Source: Octopus sinensis
Taxonomy: Eukaryota
Length of the DNA: 64,000 nt
Direction: 5' to 3'
Assembly (NCBI RefSeq): GCF_006345805.1
Contig: NC_043004.1
Location: 42,160,001-42,224,000, forward strand
The notes under the pieces were generated by a model. The model did not search any database. It saw only the letters and a program-made list of their open reading frames with translations, and had not been told where the DNA came from. Below are positions 24,037 through 38,949 of the stretch, piece after piece; the first letter of the stretch is position 1, and the number at the start of each line of letters is the position of its first letter. Both the position numbers and the translations under genes were made by a program.

Positions 24037-24799
24037 TCAACTTTACAGTATCATCGTACTGTATTATTTTTTGTGCATATTATATAATAGGGTTCTAAAT
24101 ATAATGTCTGTTATACCTCTGACTTTCTGTATCTAGGAACATCATATTTAATTAGATTGTCCTTTATTTTGAAATCTGCAGTTTATGATGTGAGGTAGAT
24201 TTGGCTACTACTTCCCGCAGATTCACCGACCGTATAGTAATTCTTCTTTCGTTGCCTCGGTAGGCTTTATATGTTATCAAACAGAAAGCATTATTTGGCA
24301 TTATCTCTAAAGCGAACACATGTTACTAGGTGGTTTCAATTGAATTTTATGATTAAAATAACGACATCATACTAAAAAGTCATCAGTTTCAAAGTATCCC
24401 AATTATCAGGTATTGATCACGAGTGCTAAAATAAATAAGAACAGAAATTCAAAGCCAAAACAACACAAATAAGTATAAGGAAAAAAAATAACGTGAAATA
24501 GATAAAAATAAAAATTAAAAAAACGAAACAGTTTTCAAAAAAGAAAACAAAATCTATTTTTAACGTGAAATAAGATTATCAATTACTTTGATGTGAGTGT
24601 TAAAAAAAATTATTTTATAATTCAACATGATTTCTTTTAGACCGATAAATATTTGCTTGAATTTTAAATGTGGACTAAATAAGAATGTCAGAGTAAAAAA
24701 AAAAGTGTATGAGGATAATAAATGTGATGAGGAAGAGTAAAAGAATGATTGGAATGGTAATGTTGATGATGATTATTGCTGTTGTCTAGTGCTAGATAT

Positions 24800-25030
24800 A
24801 TCATGGTCGGGTGGATATCTTACGTTTTGCAGATAACTTATTTACAAAATTTGTGTGTGATTTGAGCGAGATGTTCCTGAAATTCCTTGTAGTTAAATCA
24901 ATCGTTTCCTTTTCTTGATGAGCACGATGGTGACACACTTGCGCAGTAGAAGCTTCGGATTCATTCTGTACTGAAGAGTAAGAAGGGTCCTCTTTGACGA
25001 CCATAATAGGTAGTATTGGTTGGGTAAAAT
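24800..25030 (-). mobile_element. Possible very decayed Tx1-like RT N-terminal fragment
   Basis: VTIVLIKK..TTRNFRNISL..KLSAKR resembles VTLLRK..NFRPITLL..KVLAKR. Confidence 0.3.
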
Positions 25031-25087
25031 AAAAAATTCACTAAACTTTGAAGAGACGGAGAAAAGACCCTCTGCTGAAAAGATAGT

Positions 25088-25690
25088 TAACAAATATTAG
25101 CCATCGATTCTATTGAAAGCATTTGAGCGATCTAAGTTGTCATGGTACCACGCAGGCCTGCTTCATTGCCCCACCTCTATGATGCATTGCACAATGTGTT
25201 CGGAACAGCGTATGTTTCTGCATCACGAATCTTATCACCGGCGACAAGCACCGACCAGTTCATTTGAACCATGGCCAAAATCTTGAAATCTGACTCATGG
25301 AGCGTTAGGGGTCGAAAATTATCAATGTGGTACCAATGTGTCCAGGTCCTTTCTCAGCAGTGTAGCTGATTCTTGAGACAAGAACTAAGAATTCTCTTAT
25401 TTTCATTGTTGCGATCGATATCAGCCAAGCGGTCATCGAACAAGTCAGGCATATGAAAATACAGGTTGTAGGATAGACCATCCATACCAGCCGACAAGAT
25501 TCCCACCTTACCCATGTAACTAACCATTGATTCCCATATTTCTGTTGCACTTTCTCGCTTTTTCGGATCACACTCCATATCCACTGAGAAGAATCTCGCC
25601 ATACCGTCGGGGCAGACATTAAGGTTTAGTCTGTTAACAGGTGCACCTTTCATTCCTAACATTCGAGCAATTGCTGTTCAAAAGCCGTAC
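25088..25690 (-). mobile_element. Tx1/L1-clade ORF2 RT N-terminal fragment
   Basis: GMDGLSYNLYFHMPDLF, HIDNFRPLTLHESDFKILA, AETYAVPN, NAFNRID. Confidence 0.85.
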
Positions 25691-25924
25691 ACATATGTTT
25701 CTGATTGAGCAACATTTAGGCTTCACGATTCATCAACATCACATTGTACCCTCGTTGCCGCATTTTGCCTAATGATAATAAAAAAAAAAAAAATAATAAT
25801 AAAAGAAATGTTGAGGAAGAAAGAAAAGTTGAGAGATATGAGAGGTTATCTTGGGACGTTAAGCAGCTTTGGTCGATGAAAAAAGGTAGCACTAGTACCA
25901 ATAATTGTCGGAGCCCCCTCCTTT

Positions 25925-26190
25925 AAGAATGTATCAGCAATCAACTATACTTGCATCCAGTTCTCATCAGTATACTTTGCAACCTCCTACATCTCGTAAA
26001 GCACTTTACTGTACCACTTTCTTCCATCGCACCTGCAAACTTTGGAATTCCCTTCAACATTCTTGTTTTCTGCTTCAATATGACCACCAGTCTTTTAAGA
26101 CTAATGTAAGCGTCCATTTTATTCTAGTTCCTCTCACTTTCTCAATGGTCTAAGGACCTTGTAACGACCGAATGTTTTAAAAAAAAAAAT
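25925..26190 (+). mobile_element. CR1/L2/Jockey-group LINE 3' end
   Basis: SSSHQYTLQPPTSR..FFHRTCKLWNSL..SFK, then a short UTR and poly(A) near 26180-26190. Confidence 0.75.
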
Positions 26191-26325
26191 AATGGTAATG
26201 ATGAATTATATGTTTTTCTAGCTGCAGAGATCAGAGCATTGGCGTAGGATAGCTCGTTAAACTTTTGAATTTAGAAGGGCTCCTTTGAGTCTTTAAACGC
26301 AAACACCTTTAGATATGTTGTCACC

Positions 26326-28087
26326 TTAAAAAAAAAAAACACTGGCGTCGTGACACATTGTCACTATTTTCCTCGGTATGGGATTAATGGATAAAAGAAT
26401 TAATATATACAACGGCGTGAGAACAGGAGTCCAGATGATAGAGTGTTGCCTGTGGTGAGCAGTACATGTCCGGTCACCATTATACGACTCCCACAACAAG
26501 GTATTCTAAAGGTATGAATATAGCAATTATGGATGCTCTTCTTTGAGAAGATACGCTGAAGGTGAAAGGAAGCACATAGGATATAAAAAGAATGTATGAC
26601 GTTTAAATTGGGACGGATGTCTTGGGTATCACAGAACATGTACTACGCGACCAGGCAAGGGTGATAAGGATGAATAGATTCTTATCAACATTAGATTTTT
26701 ATGAGATTAAGTAGAAGTTGACGACTGAAAATACGGTGCGTGAATATGAAGTTATACCAGAGAATGTTGATGCGATTGCATAGAATGAAGATGTTCAAGG
26801 GGATGATACTGGCTCAACTTTTGAGAATGTTGAAAGACTGAGCGATGAGGACAGAGGAATGATCAAAGACACTGGTATCATTGAGAAACGTCTGGATGTG
26901 CACGTAAATAGAGTCACGAAATTGGATAGAATTATGCTCTGTCGGTGAAATCGGAATGTAAATAAAGGACGGAAAGAAATTAATACGGATATCATAAGTG
27001 GAACGAATAGATTGACTAAAGCTTGTATCATCTACATAAGAAAGAAAGTAGGCTACGAACCAAAAATGTAAAAGTGGAAATATTGGTGAGAGTAATGTAG
27101 TGAATCACCTGCCGACCTCTGATATGGAAGTTGATTGCAGCAATATTATTTAATTGTGCGTTTATCCTTCTAGAAACAGATGCCCAGCTGCCAGTTGAAC
27201 GGAAAAGATATAATATGAAAAGCCGAGCGACAAAAGATCAACTTCTGATAGACAGAATAGTGCTAAACGATTGTAAGAAAAGACATAATACACTGGGTAT
27301 GGCGTGGATCGATTATAAGAAAGCTTATGACATGGCCCTCCGTTCCTGGAGTTTAGGAAGTCTTGAGTTAGTACAGGTGTTTGATATATAATTTGAATTT
27401 TATCAGGAGATCGGTGAAGAATTGTAATACAGAGTTAACAAGTGGGGGAATATTTGGCGAATATTAACATCAGGAGAGGCATATTCCAGGGAGAGAGTCT
27501 GTCACCATTGCTGCTTTTGATATATATGATACCCTTTACAGTTATTTTACAGAAAGTGACATCGGGGTACACATTGAAAAGTAGAGAAAAGTCGTATCAG
27601 GTGTTGTACACGGATAACTTAATGATTTTCGGTAAGAGTGAGCGTAAAATTCATGGTTTCGCTTCGACAGTGCAGCTATTTAGTAATGATATCGGGGTGG
27701 AATTTGTGATTAATAAGTGTGGTGGGTTTATCATAAAATGAAAAGTATTGTCATCTGATGGTGTAGAAGTGGTCAACAGCGAGAAAATTAATGATGTCGA
27801 GGTGGGTGGTTACTAGTGTCTGAGTACTTTGTAGTACGATAAAATCAAGGAGAGTGAGATAAAGAAATGCTTTAGGCAAGACTATCTCAGGAGAACCAAG
27901 TTAATTATGAAGAGGAAAAAATACGATCAGAACAATGAAAATAATCTCTATCTTCTTAATGTTATATTGTGCAGGTGTTGTTGTTAGATGCACAGAGAAC
28001 GTGCTTGAAGAAGTAGATATAAAAAAAATCAGGAAAATGAAGACAATGAACAAGAAAGTGCACTCTAAAAGCGATGTCGATAGCATG

Positions 28088-28138
<51 letters not shown>

Positions 28139-29330
28139 GAGGGAGAGGTCTTATAGAATACAAGATTTGTGTTATCAGTGAAGAATACATTGTGGTATGC
28201 TGCGTCAAACATCAGATTAAAACTTTGGTTGATGCTGTTAGAAATTGCAACACGATACCTAGTGAAAATGTGAGACAACCAAAGAATTTAAGAAACAAGA
28301 ATGAAAGTGGAAAGTGAAATCTAGTTACAAGTTGTATATATTAATTCTTTTATCCATTAATCCCATACTGAGGAAAATAGTGAAAATGTGTCACGACGCC
28401 AGCGTTTTTTTTTTTTTAATTATACCACGTTCCTCAAACAGAATACATTTACAAGTTACTCAAAAGGGTGCCTGATAACGTAACTAGGTATGTTCGTCGG
28501 AGATTGTGTGCGAAGTATGGTCTTGAAAGGAAACTGAAATGGTACGAGCGTAAACCAGAGGGCCTCATCGAAAATAATTACTCTTTTACTCTTTCACGTG
28601 TTTCAGTCATTTGACTGCGGCCATGCTGGAGCACCGCCTTTAATCGAGCAACTCGATCCCGGGACTTATTCTTTTGTAAGCCCAGTACTTATTCTATCGG
28701 TCTCTTTTGCCGAACCGCTAAGTAACGGGGACATAAACACACCAACATCGGTTGTCAAGCGATGTTGTGGGGGGCAAACACAGACACACAAACACATACA
28801 CACACACACACATATATATACATATATACGACGGGCTTCTTTCAGTTTCCGTCTACCAAATCCACTCACAAGGCTTTGGTCGGCCCGAGGCTATAGTAGA
28901 AGACACTTGCCCAAGGTGCCACGCAGTGGGACTGAACCCGGAACCATGTGGTTGGTAAACAAGCTACTTACCACACAGCCACTCATGCGCCTATAGTATA
29001 AGATTTTGTAGGATTTTTCAATGTAATGTGATTGATACTTAGAAACCAGTCATTGTTGTAGTTGATAGATGAAGAAAACCATGGTACGAGTGGAAGAAAA
29101 CGAACTGGAAAAGACTGAGAATTCCAAGCCACTGAGAGATGAGATTGTACGAACGTGGGCAATAAAGGGAAAGTATCTTTCATCCTAGCAGCTGTAGGGG
29201 CATTTTCAAACAGGTTTGAGGAATATGTTTTAGAAATTTGAGAAACTGGAATTGACATGAGGGGAAATCATGCTATATTGGGGACAGTAAGAATATGAAG
29301 ATTGGCACTTTGTTGTTTAATATCATGGAA
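26326..29330 (+). mobile_element. R4/Dong-like LINE, near full span but deleted and interrupted
   Basis: N-term MNIAIMD..GYKKRMY..DQARVIR; RT KDQLLIDRIVLNDCKKRH..AWIDYKKAYD, GIFQGESLSP, FSNDIGVEF; C-term KYGLERKLKWYERKPEG; interrupted by (TA)n, an inverted copy of its own 5' end and an OK SINE. Confidence 0.85.
28579..28992 (-). mobile_element. OK-type SINE, full length, inserted in the R4-like LINE
   Basis: Head aggcgcatgagtggctgtgtggtaag through tail gagtaaaagagta; LINE homology continues on both sides. Confidence 0.92.
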
Positions 29331-29519
29331 GAAGAACCTTTGAGACCATTGACAACAAATCATTTTCCACTTTCACAGAATTTGTCAAAGAAAGTGAAAT
29401 CAAGGATCAGTAAAGTGGGGTTACAATGATAGTGGTAAAATCAGCGTCTCTGATTGTGAACAACGATGAAAAGATTCTAAAGAAAATATATTGAGAAATA
29501 TACTATTATTGACTAATGG

Positions 29520-29620
29520 TCTTAGACATACTTGTGTAACCAAGAGTTGTGCTTCACGTTCATGTGGTTTCAAGTTCAATACCACTGAGCAGGTGTCCTC
29601 CTGCCATAGTTTCAGTTTTA
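29520..29620 (+). mobile_element. Decayed tRNA-SINE head
   Basis: B-box-like gtttcaagttcaataccactg followed by gtgtcctcctgccatag, resembling the OK head. Confidence 0.4.
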
Positions 29621-30039
29621 CGAAATTCTTGCGAAATAAACCTGATTCAAGGATCGAAATTGTGTGAAGGCCTGCTGGAAAAGACGAGTAGTAGTTCAGT
29701 TTCTTGGAAAATAGATTTAATCACTCATCCATTTAACATCACCAGCTGGAACTATAGGTCTCCTTAGGAGAGTCCACTCTTTTGCACGCATTCAGTATTG
29801 GTCTTTGGTTTGAGAAAACCCTTTCCCTTTCTGCCATCAGTCATGGAGTTGCTGACATGCCTTCTTTAATTAAATCAAGAAATGAAAAAAAAAAAAAGTC
29901 TTCGCTCGCAAATGTATATGACTTGGTAACATGAATTATGCTTTCACTATTGTTCTTGTGTACCTATTTAATATGGAGCAGATATATACAGTCAGTCGGT
30001 TCTTTAACTCGTGACGAAAGAAATATACGATACGCGAAA

Positions 30040-30200
30040 CTTGGAGGGAAAGAGAAGGTTGCATTAAACCATAGACGGTACTATTTGCAGCTGGGTACAC
30101 TGAACCAACGTAAAAATGAAGACGACATCTTATCCGATTCAGGAATCGAAACTACTGAATTATGATTACGAGGCCAATACCCTAAACACCAGGCAATGCG
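30040..30200 (-). mobile_element. Decayed tRNA-derived SINE
   Basis: Minus strand gcctggtgtttagggta (A-box-like), gtttcgattcc (B-box-like), then cagtgtacccagctgcaaat. Confidence 0.55.
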
Positions 30201-31779
30201 AGGAAAAATACCTATGACAATCTAAATTAAAGTAAACAAATGGATTGAAAATATAGGTGCGAAGTAAGAGTACAAAAAAAATTAACACATTTAAAACTAT
30301 TCTTATGAGAATCATTTTTGCTCGTAAAAACATATTTGGAACGTAATGAAATAACAGGGTAGACCAACCATGTATCAAATTAATACATTAAAGACGAACT
30401 TATTTTTTCAGCATTGGAATTATTTGAAGAAAGCATAAAATCTGATATGGGGAAAAAGAAAAAGAAAAAAGTCGTGTCTCTGTGTCATTCATGAGAGATA
30501 TCGAAAGACAAGAATCAAATACTTAGACATATAGATAGATTGATTGATAGATAAATAAATAGATAGATATATAGATGGATAGGATGGATAGAGTGATAGA
30601 TAAACAAAGAGAGGAGAATGGTTTCTTATAATGAATGTGTTAAAGGAAAGTTCCCAACTTTTCTTTCCATTAATTTCTAACATAACCGTCATCAGACTTT
30701 TTCTTCTTTGTGATGAGATTTGTGTTGTTAGAATTTTTTTCTTTCTCTTTTCCTAACTAGCTTAACTACATTTTCTGATAAGTCAGGAGAAATAATGATT
30801 TTACAGATTACAACTAGCTTTTATTCTTTCTATGCTTGACTAAATCTTTTTCTGTGGCTTCTAACGAAGACGTCAGACCAAGCTGATAAAATCAAAGAAA
30901 GCGCTCCGAGAAACTAATTGAACCTTACTTACAGGACAATTGGAAAAAGATGCGTTAGATTTGATTGGTTTTTGCTCTTTCTTTCAAGACTGTCTTAATC
31001 TCCGCTTGGCTTTTATTATAACTACTTTGATGTGTCTTTAAAAGGAGCAATAAAGTTTTCCGATATCCATCTATCACCGCCCTTTTCTGATTCTATTTCT
31101 CCAATATCTCTCCAATTCTTTTACTCTCTCCCTCCCTCTCTTTCTCTTTCTCTTTCTCCATCTCTCTCTTTCTCTCTTACCGATTCTGTTTCTCTGTCAC
31201 TTTTGGCACATTTACACACTCATAAATGTACAAAGAGAGGTACTTACACTGATACAGACATATTCAAGTCGCACACACGCATAGGAATATATGGTATAGA
31301 TGCGTGTGTATGTGTAATTACGTATACATACACATATAATACCTACATGGAAACACATATAGAGATTCATTTTCCCACCCGCATGCACATATGCACACAG
31401 GCAAAGATATACATATATGAATACACATACATTCATCAAACAACACATCAATATATACACTCCAAACGTCATCACCATTAAGTGATTCTCAGTCTATACA
31501 CATTCAAATATGTGAACTGTTGAAAAAAATAGATGAAGATATGTTTTGAAGGAAGAAAATTACATGGAAACGATCACACACGTACACACACATACACACA
31601 TACACAGCATGACACACAAGCACATATGACGCAAAGGCGCGCAGACATTACAAGTATACACAAACCGCGAACATAAATATACGTAAACACTCACACACAA
31701 AACACGCACACACTAACCCACACAAACACACGCGTGCGATCGCATACATCTTCACATACATGGAGCTCTCGCAAGTGGG

Positions 31780-32088
<309 letters not shown>

Positions 32089-32378
32089 GGAGGCGCAATG
32101 GCCCACTGGTTTGGGCAGCTGACGCGCGGGCGTAGGATCGCGGTTTCGATTCTCAGACCGGTCGTTGGGAGTATTTATTGAGCGAAAACAACTTAAAGCT
32201 CCACGAGGCTCCGGCAGGGGTTGGTGATCCCTGCTGTACTCTTTCACCATTCTTTCTTTTACTCTTTCTTCTGTTGGCCTGCTCGCTTAGCCAGCGGGGT
32301 GGCGTCATTCGAAGGCTGGTCATTGCGACCAGCTATGTGTAACAACATTTGATGGTCTGGTCGGACACGTGATCACGT

Positions 32379-32382
<4 letters not shown>
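32089..32382 (+). mobile_element. tRNA(Arg)-like SINE (OR-type, second family)
   Basis: ggaggcgcaatggcccactggtt (A box), gtttcgattctc (B box), body ctccacgaggctccggcagggg; sits between microsatellites. Confidence 0.85.
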
Positions 32383-32456
<74 letters not shown>

Positions 32457-33294
32457 TATATATAGTTCCTTTTTAATCGAAATATTGTTATGTAAATTAG
32501 GTGAATTAAAGTTTGTCACATAGACATCTATATTTTGTACCAAGCGTTCTCCAACACGTGATACATTATGAACATTAGAGTGTAATCAACGTATCTTCAT
32601 ACGTTCATTAAAATTGATTTCTTTGGTGAGAGGATGGGGAGAGCATAATTGTTTTAGAATTTCTGTGTCTTGTAGAATTCCTGTTTCTTGTATTCACTGT
32701 AGAGTGGCTTTTCTAACAAGATGCTAAAGTCAAGTATTACTGGTACAATATTGCAGTATGTTAATGTATTTGATCTTTTTTCTTTGCAAATTTTCTTCCA
32801 ATGAATTGAGCATGGAAATTATATTACACTTTTGCGAATAAGGCCAGTTGTTTGTTCGCATGTATTTTTTGAAAAAACTGCTATCCCTTCTAAATGTTGA
32901 AATAATAGGGATAATATATTGAATTGAAACTCATGTTGAATATGAATCTAACGTATATTATTATAGTGCAAAATCGGCAAAAACGCACTGGTGTATACAC
33001 GCACACTCACACACACACAAACATAGAAACACTCACTCATACACGCACACATAACTACAGCATTAGAGTGGTTTAGCCTTATTTCTAGCAATGTAGGTGT
33101 TTCCTAACACCATAGTCACATTTAGTGACATTTGCAATTATTCATTTTGGTAAAACACTGCAAACTGTCGTCTAAATCATCCAATTATTTGGACGATGAA
33201 GCAAATATCAATGACGAAGAGTATATTATATATATATACATATATTTATATGATATTACATACATATATAAATAATGTGGGTAGCTTATTAGCA

Positions 33295-33460
33295 ATGTAT
33301 TCTTCAGCAAAACACTTCATTTCCCGTTGCTCCTGTCCACTCAGCTGGCAAAAATGAGTAACGCTGGAATGGACTGGCGTCCAGTCCAGTTGGGGAACGC
33401 GTGCGCCAAAGAACCTGGGAATCCGGCCCCACGAGCCTGGCTAGGCTTGAAAAAGGGTGC
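33295..33460 (+). mobile_element. SINE body, V-SINE/CORE-like, head missing
   Basis: gtccactcagctggcaaaaatgagta and atggactggcgtccagtccag, motifs typical of conserved SINE central domains. Confidence 0.6.
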
Positions 33461-33480
33461 ATTTATTATTTTATTTAGTT

Positions 33481-33930
<450 letters not shown>

Positions 33931-34050
33931 TTTCTTTCTTCCTGTCTGTCTGTCTGTTTTATTTTTATCTATATATAAATGTATTTATGTATACAATATG
34001 AAAATGAATGTGTAAGTATGTATGAATATATGTCTGTCTGTATGTATGTA

Positions 34051-34435
34051 CTAGCAGTATCGCCCGGCGTTGCTCAGGTTTGTAAGGGAAATAACTATAA
34101 AGCATTTTTAGAGAGTTATAGCCAAAAAATAGCAAAGAAATGGAAAAAATGATGGTAAATTTTTTTTTTGAGATTTAAAAAAGGTAGAGTTGCGTCCCCT
34201 AGACAGTTTGTGGTTCGTGTTTCTGATTCTCGACCCAATGTCGAATTTATCGATTTTTTTCAGAACTGGGGGAACTTTTCAAAATTTTCGCTGCGTTAGT
34301 TTTGAATTATGACATTGGGCTATGTGTGTGTCAAGTTTCATCAGAATCGGTTGAAAGCCGTGGTCAGGGTGAGGGTACAAGCAAACAGACACACAGAAAC
34401 ACGCACAGACAAACTGCCGTTTATATATAGAGAGA
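34051..34435 (-). mobile_element. Complete short non-autonomous Helitron (385 bp)
   Basis: Minus strand A|TCTCTCTATATATAAACGGC at the 5' end and cctgagcaacgccggg hairpin + cgatactg + CTAG|T at the 3' end; inserted between A and T with no TSD. Confidence 0.88.
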
Positions 34436-34897
34436 TATATGCATATACGTTTCTCTGTCTGTCTGTATTTATAAGGGTTTGTGCGATGAAAATTTTTGGC
34501 TTAATAGCATCTTTCAATGACAATCAAAATTATGTACAGTCAAAATTAAGCTTATAAAGAGTCAGCTGTAAGGCAGATAGTTTTATATTTCGCTTTGGTA
34601 ATAAGTCGACCCTACGTGAATAATTTTCAGTGCAGTACAATGTTTACAGACACAAGAAATAAAGAATACTTTCTTTGACCAATGGATTGGATGGCCAGAA
34701 GAAAACACGACACGCTAGCTATTACAGACAGTTTCACTACATCCGAGGTAAAATGTGACATATATACGCTAAATTTACTAAAGCATCAGCCGGTAGTATT
34801 AAAACGAGTGACGAGTTGGTTTATTAAAGAATAATTGTATCCTAGTTGCTTTTACTCATTTCCCTAATACTTAGTATTACGTATATTGTTTTTCTAG

Positions 34898-34968
34898 GAC
34901 AGACGATACGTTAGAAGACTTTCACTTGCACATGTTACCGAGCAGTGGTGCTGAATTCGAAAATCCAC
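34898..34968 (+). other. Candidate spliced exon (71 nt)
   Basis: Acceptor attgtttttctag|G and donor CAC|GTAAGT; product not recognisable. Confidence 0.3.
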
Positions 34969-35977
34969 GTAAGTATCCAGTGTGCTTCTTAACTCCTTAT
35001 CGATATATCTGTTCTTCATTTCATGTGAAGGGTCATATTTTCTTGCTGCAATTTATGAGCAAGCAAACTATGTCAACTCCAATGAACTCGGTTTTTAAGG
35101 AACAAAAGTCGAGAGTATAGTACACTTATTTCTAAAATGTTGCTCTTTGAAGAATGCAGCATCCTTTCATATAAAGTCATAGCATTAATCACAGCTGTTA
35201 ATTTAATTAACACTTTTATACACTTCGACATCAGCATATCAAACTAGAAAACGGATATACATCTTTGCTTTCGCGGCCTTTACAACTTCATATTGTCATC
35301 TTCGTTGTCAAGGCAATTGTTCTTTTTGTTCTTACTGATGATGTGGATAGGGTGATTGTAGCGTTGGTGGTTGGTGTTGTTGCAGCGGTAAAAATGTCAT
35401 TTTTTTCTTGCTGTTGTGTTAACTATACTACAGCTTAAGTTACCAGTTTCAAAATAGAAAGATAAATAGGTATTTTTAGAAACGTATACTCACAAATCTT
35501 CAATTTTCTCCGACATTTGCCGACTGGTTTGCAGCAAGTAATAAAACAATTCATTGTAATACATACAAGCAGACGCTCATAAAAAGCTACAAACGTTTCT
35601 CATTTACGTCCTGTTCATTCAAATTATGCATGGTTTCAAGCCAATTCAAAAGCCCGTTGTCTATGAAATGTTTCTGTGTAATGTAAATGACAAAAACCAC
35701 CTCTGGTTGTCGTCGTAATTAATGTATGTTCCAGAATTAGATATTTCACAAACACTTACATTTATCAGAAAGCAAGACATGTCCTGTCGAGAGAATTACC
35801 ATAAAAGAAGAATTAACAGTGTGTTTTCTATAACTAGGTTTCCTCTACTTTATTACAGCTCGTTTTCTTCCTCGTTTTCCTTATTCCCTCATTTTGTTTC
35901 TTTTTCTTTTTATCCTCCTTCTCTTTCCCATCACCATCACTTCATTATTATTATTTTCATTTATGTACTTATTTATT

Positions 35978-36200
<223 letters not shown>

Positions 36201-36754
36201 TTAACACATACTAGACAATATCTTCGTTTTCAAAGTATATTGAAGTATTGTAATATTTTATGTTTTTTGTATTGTTTTCATTTATTTCTCTCCTTTGCAT
36301 TACATTTCACGATGAAAAAAATATAGAGATATTACTCATCCTTTCATTTGTGGTGTTGTTTTAACTGTTCCCTCTTGAAGTTTTGTTTCATTTATATGTT
36401 AAAAAATAAAATGTCTGGACGAAAGATAATGGTTTTATTGGCAAGAGATGTTTTTCTTTAAAAGTTGCATTTGCTACATGTTACCGTTGTTGTTACTGTT
36501 GTTATCATCCTCCTTCTCCTCTCACTCCTCCTCTTTTTTCTTCTTGCTAATGTTGTTGTTGCTGTTGTATCCTTGTCATCATGATCATCACCGCCGTCGT
36601 CATCATCCACATCATCTCTTTTAAATACTGTTATTGCGAATATATTTTTGAAATTATCTATATAACGAGAAGATTTTATGTGTATCTAAGTTTCAGAGAC
36701 TTAAAATAACATTTCTACTTATGATGTTTCATGAATCTCCCCTCTCTCTCTCTA

Positions 36755-37710
<956 letters not shown>

Positions 37711-38667
37711 TAGAAAAAGAGAGAGAGATACAGAGCGAAAGAGACAGAGGGAGAGAATATAAAGAGATAAATTATTGAGACAGATACCAGACAGGAGCCG
37801 TAAGAGCATTCAGTAATTAATCCAGGTTATGGTTAACCACATTGAGTTGTAAGGAGTACTTAGAGGTGAGCTATCCCAATGTATTTCATCCGATATGTTA
37901 AATCTGGGTTCACTTCATTGGATTTTACCGTGTGTATATTCAGAAAAATTACTATGAATACGGAATTGGTATATCTGCTTTTATTTATGCGGCATAGATA
38001 TCTCCCAATTGTATTTGCATACCGTTACTTTCGACTGGTTATTAATCTATCCAACTTTATTCAATTTCCATCCAATGACGTGGTTTGAAATGAACTACAT
38101 GTGTGTAACTTTTGCTTGCATCACATTTGGTAGGCGGCTGTAGGATGTGATCTGAAGAATTTGGAAATCTGATACAGCTATAAAAACCACTATGCACCTG
38201 ACCCTATTCTAGCCCTGGATTTGAATTTCGAGTTGAGAACGCTATACCTTTAATCAGGTTAAGGTATACCTTAAAAAACAGCATTAGGTAGATAAGGTAT
38301 TACTGAATTTCAGATATTGCGTACAATTACTGGTCCTTAATTCAGATAAAATTAAATACACGAGATATGTAGAACTTAGTTGTGAGGCCAATTTGAAACT
38401 TTCATTGTATAAACCATGTTTTTTAAAAAAATTTAAATGCAGGTTTAGCGTTCTATATATGTTGCAAAAAATTTCCAATAGGTAAGTTTACGTATGCAGA
38501 ATGCTGATTATTACTTGATATTCGCAAATTCGATATTACACTGACGTTTACCATGACATTTTGAGGTAGGGAATCAATGTAAGTATTCCAATTACTTTCT
38601 GTAAAGGTGCGGATATTTTAGGGTATGTTCCTACCTACTGTTTAGCAACAGGTGTTTAGACGTGAAA

Positions 38668-38920
38668 TTATTGATCTATCCGCTCAGTCGAAGTCGACTC
38701 TCGGTTACTCGTTGGATCAGTGTCCTCCAGTCAGTTCTATCCCGGGCCGCGTCTTTCAGATTGGCTATGTCCATTCCGGTATCACCCTTGATGTTGTCAA
38801 GCCAGCGGGTTCTTGGTCGGCCTCTTCCTCTCTTGCCACTGACCATTCCGAGCATGATGTCCTTCTCCAGGGAGTTTCTCCGCATAATATGACCGAAATA
38901 TACCAATTATTATGGATGTT
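38668..38920 (-). mobile_element. RTE-clade LINE 3' end
   Basis: YFGHIMRRNSLEKDIMLGMVSGKRGRGRPRTRWLDNIK..ARDRTDWR..VTESRLRL, the classic RTE C-terminus. Confidence 0.93.
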
Positions 38921-38949
38921 TAAACTTAAATTCGAACTCTGAAATCAGA

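Noticed and set aside
30668-30700. Minus-strand CTGATGA...GAAA motif
   Set aside because: The intervening 11 nt do not form stem II.
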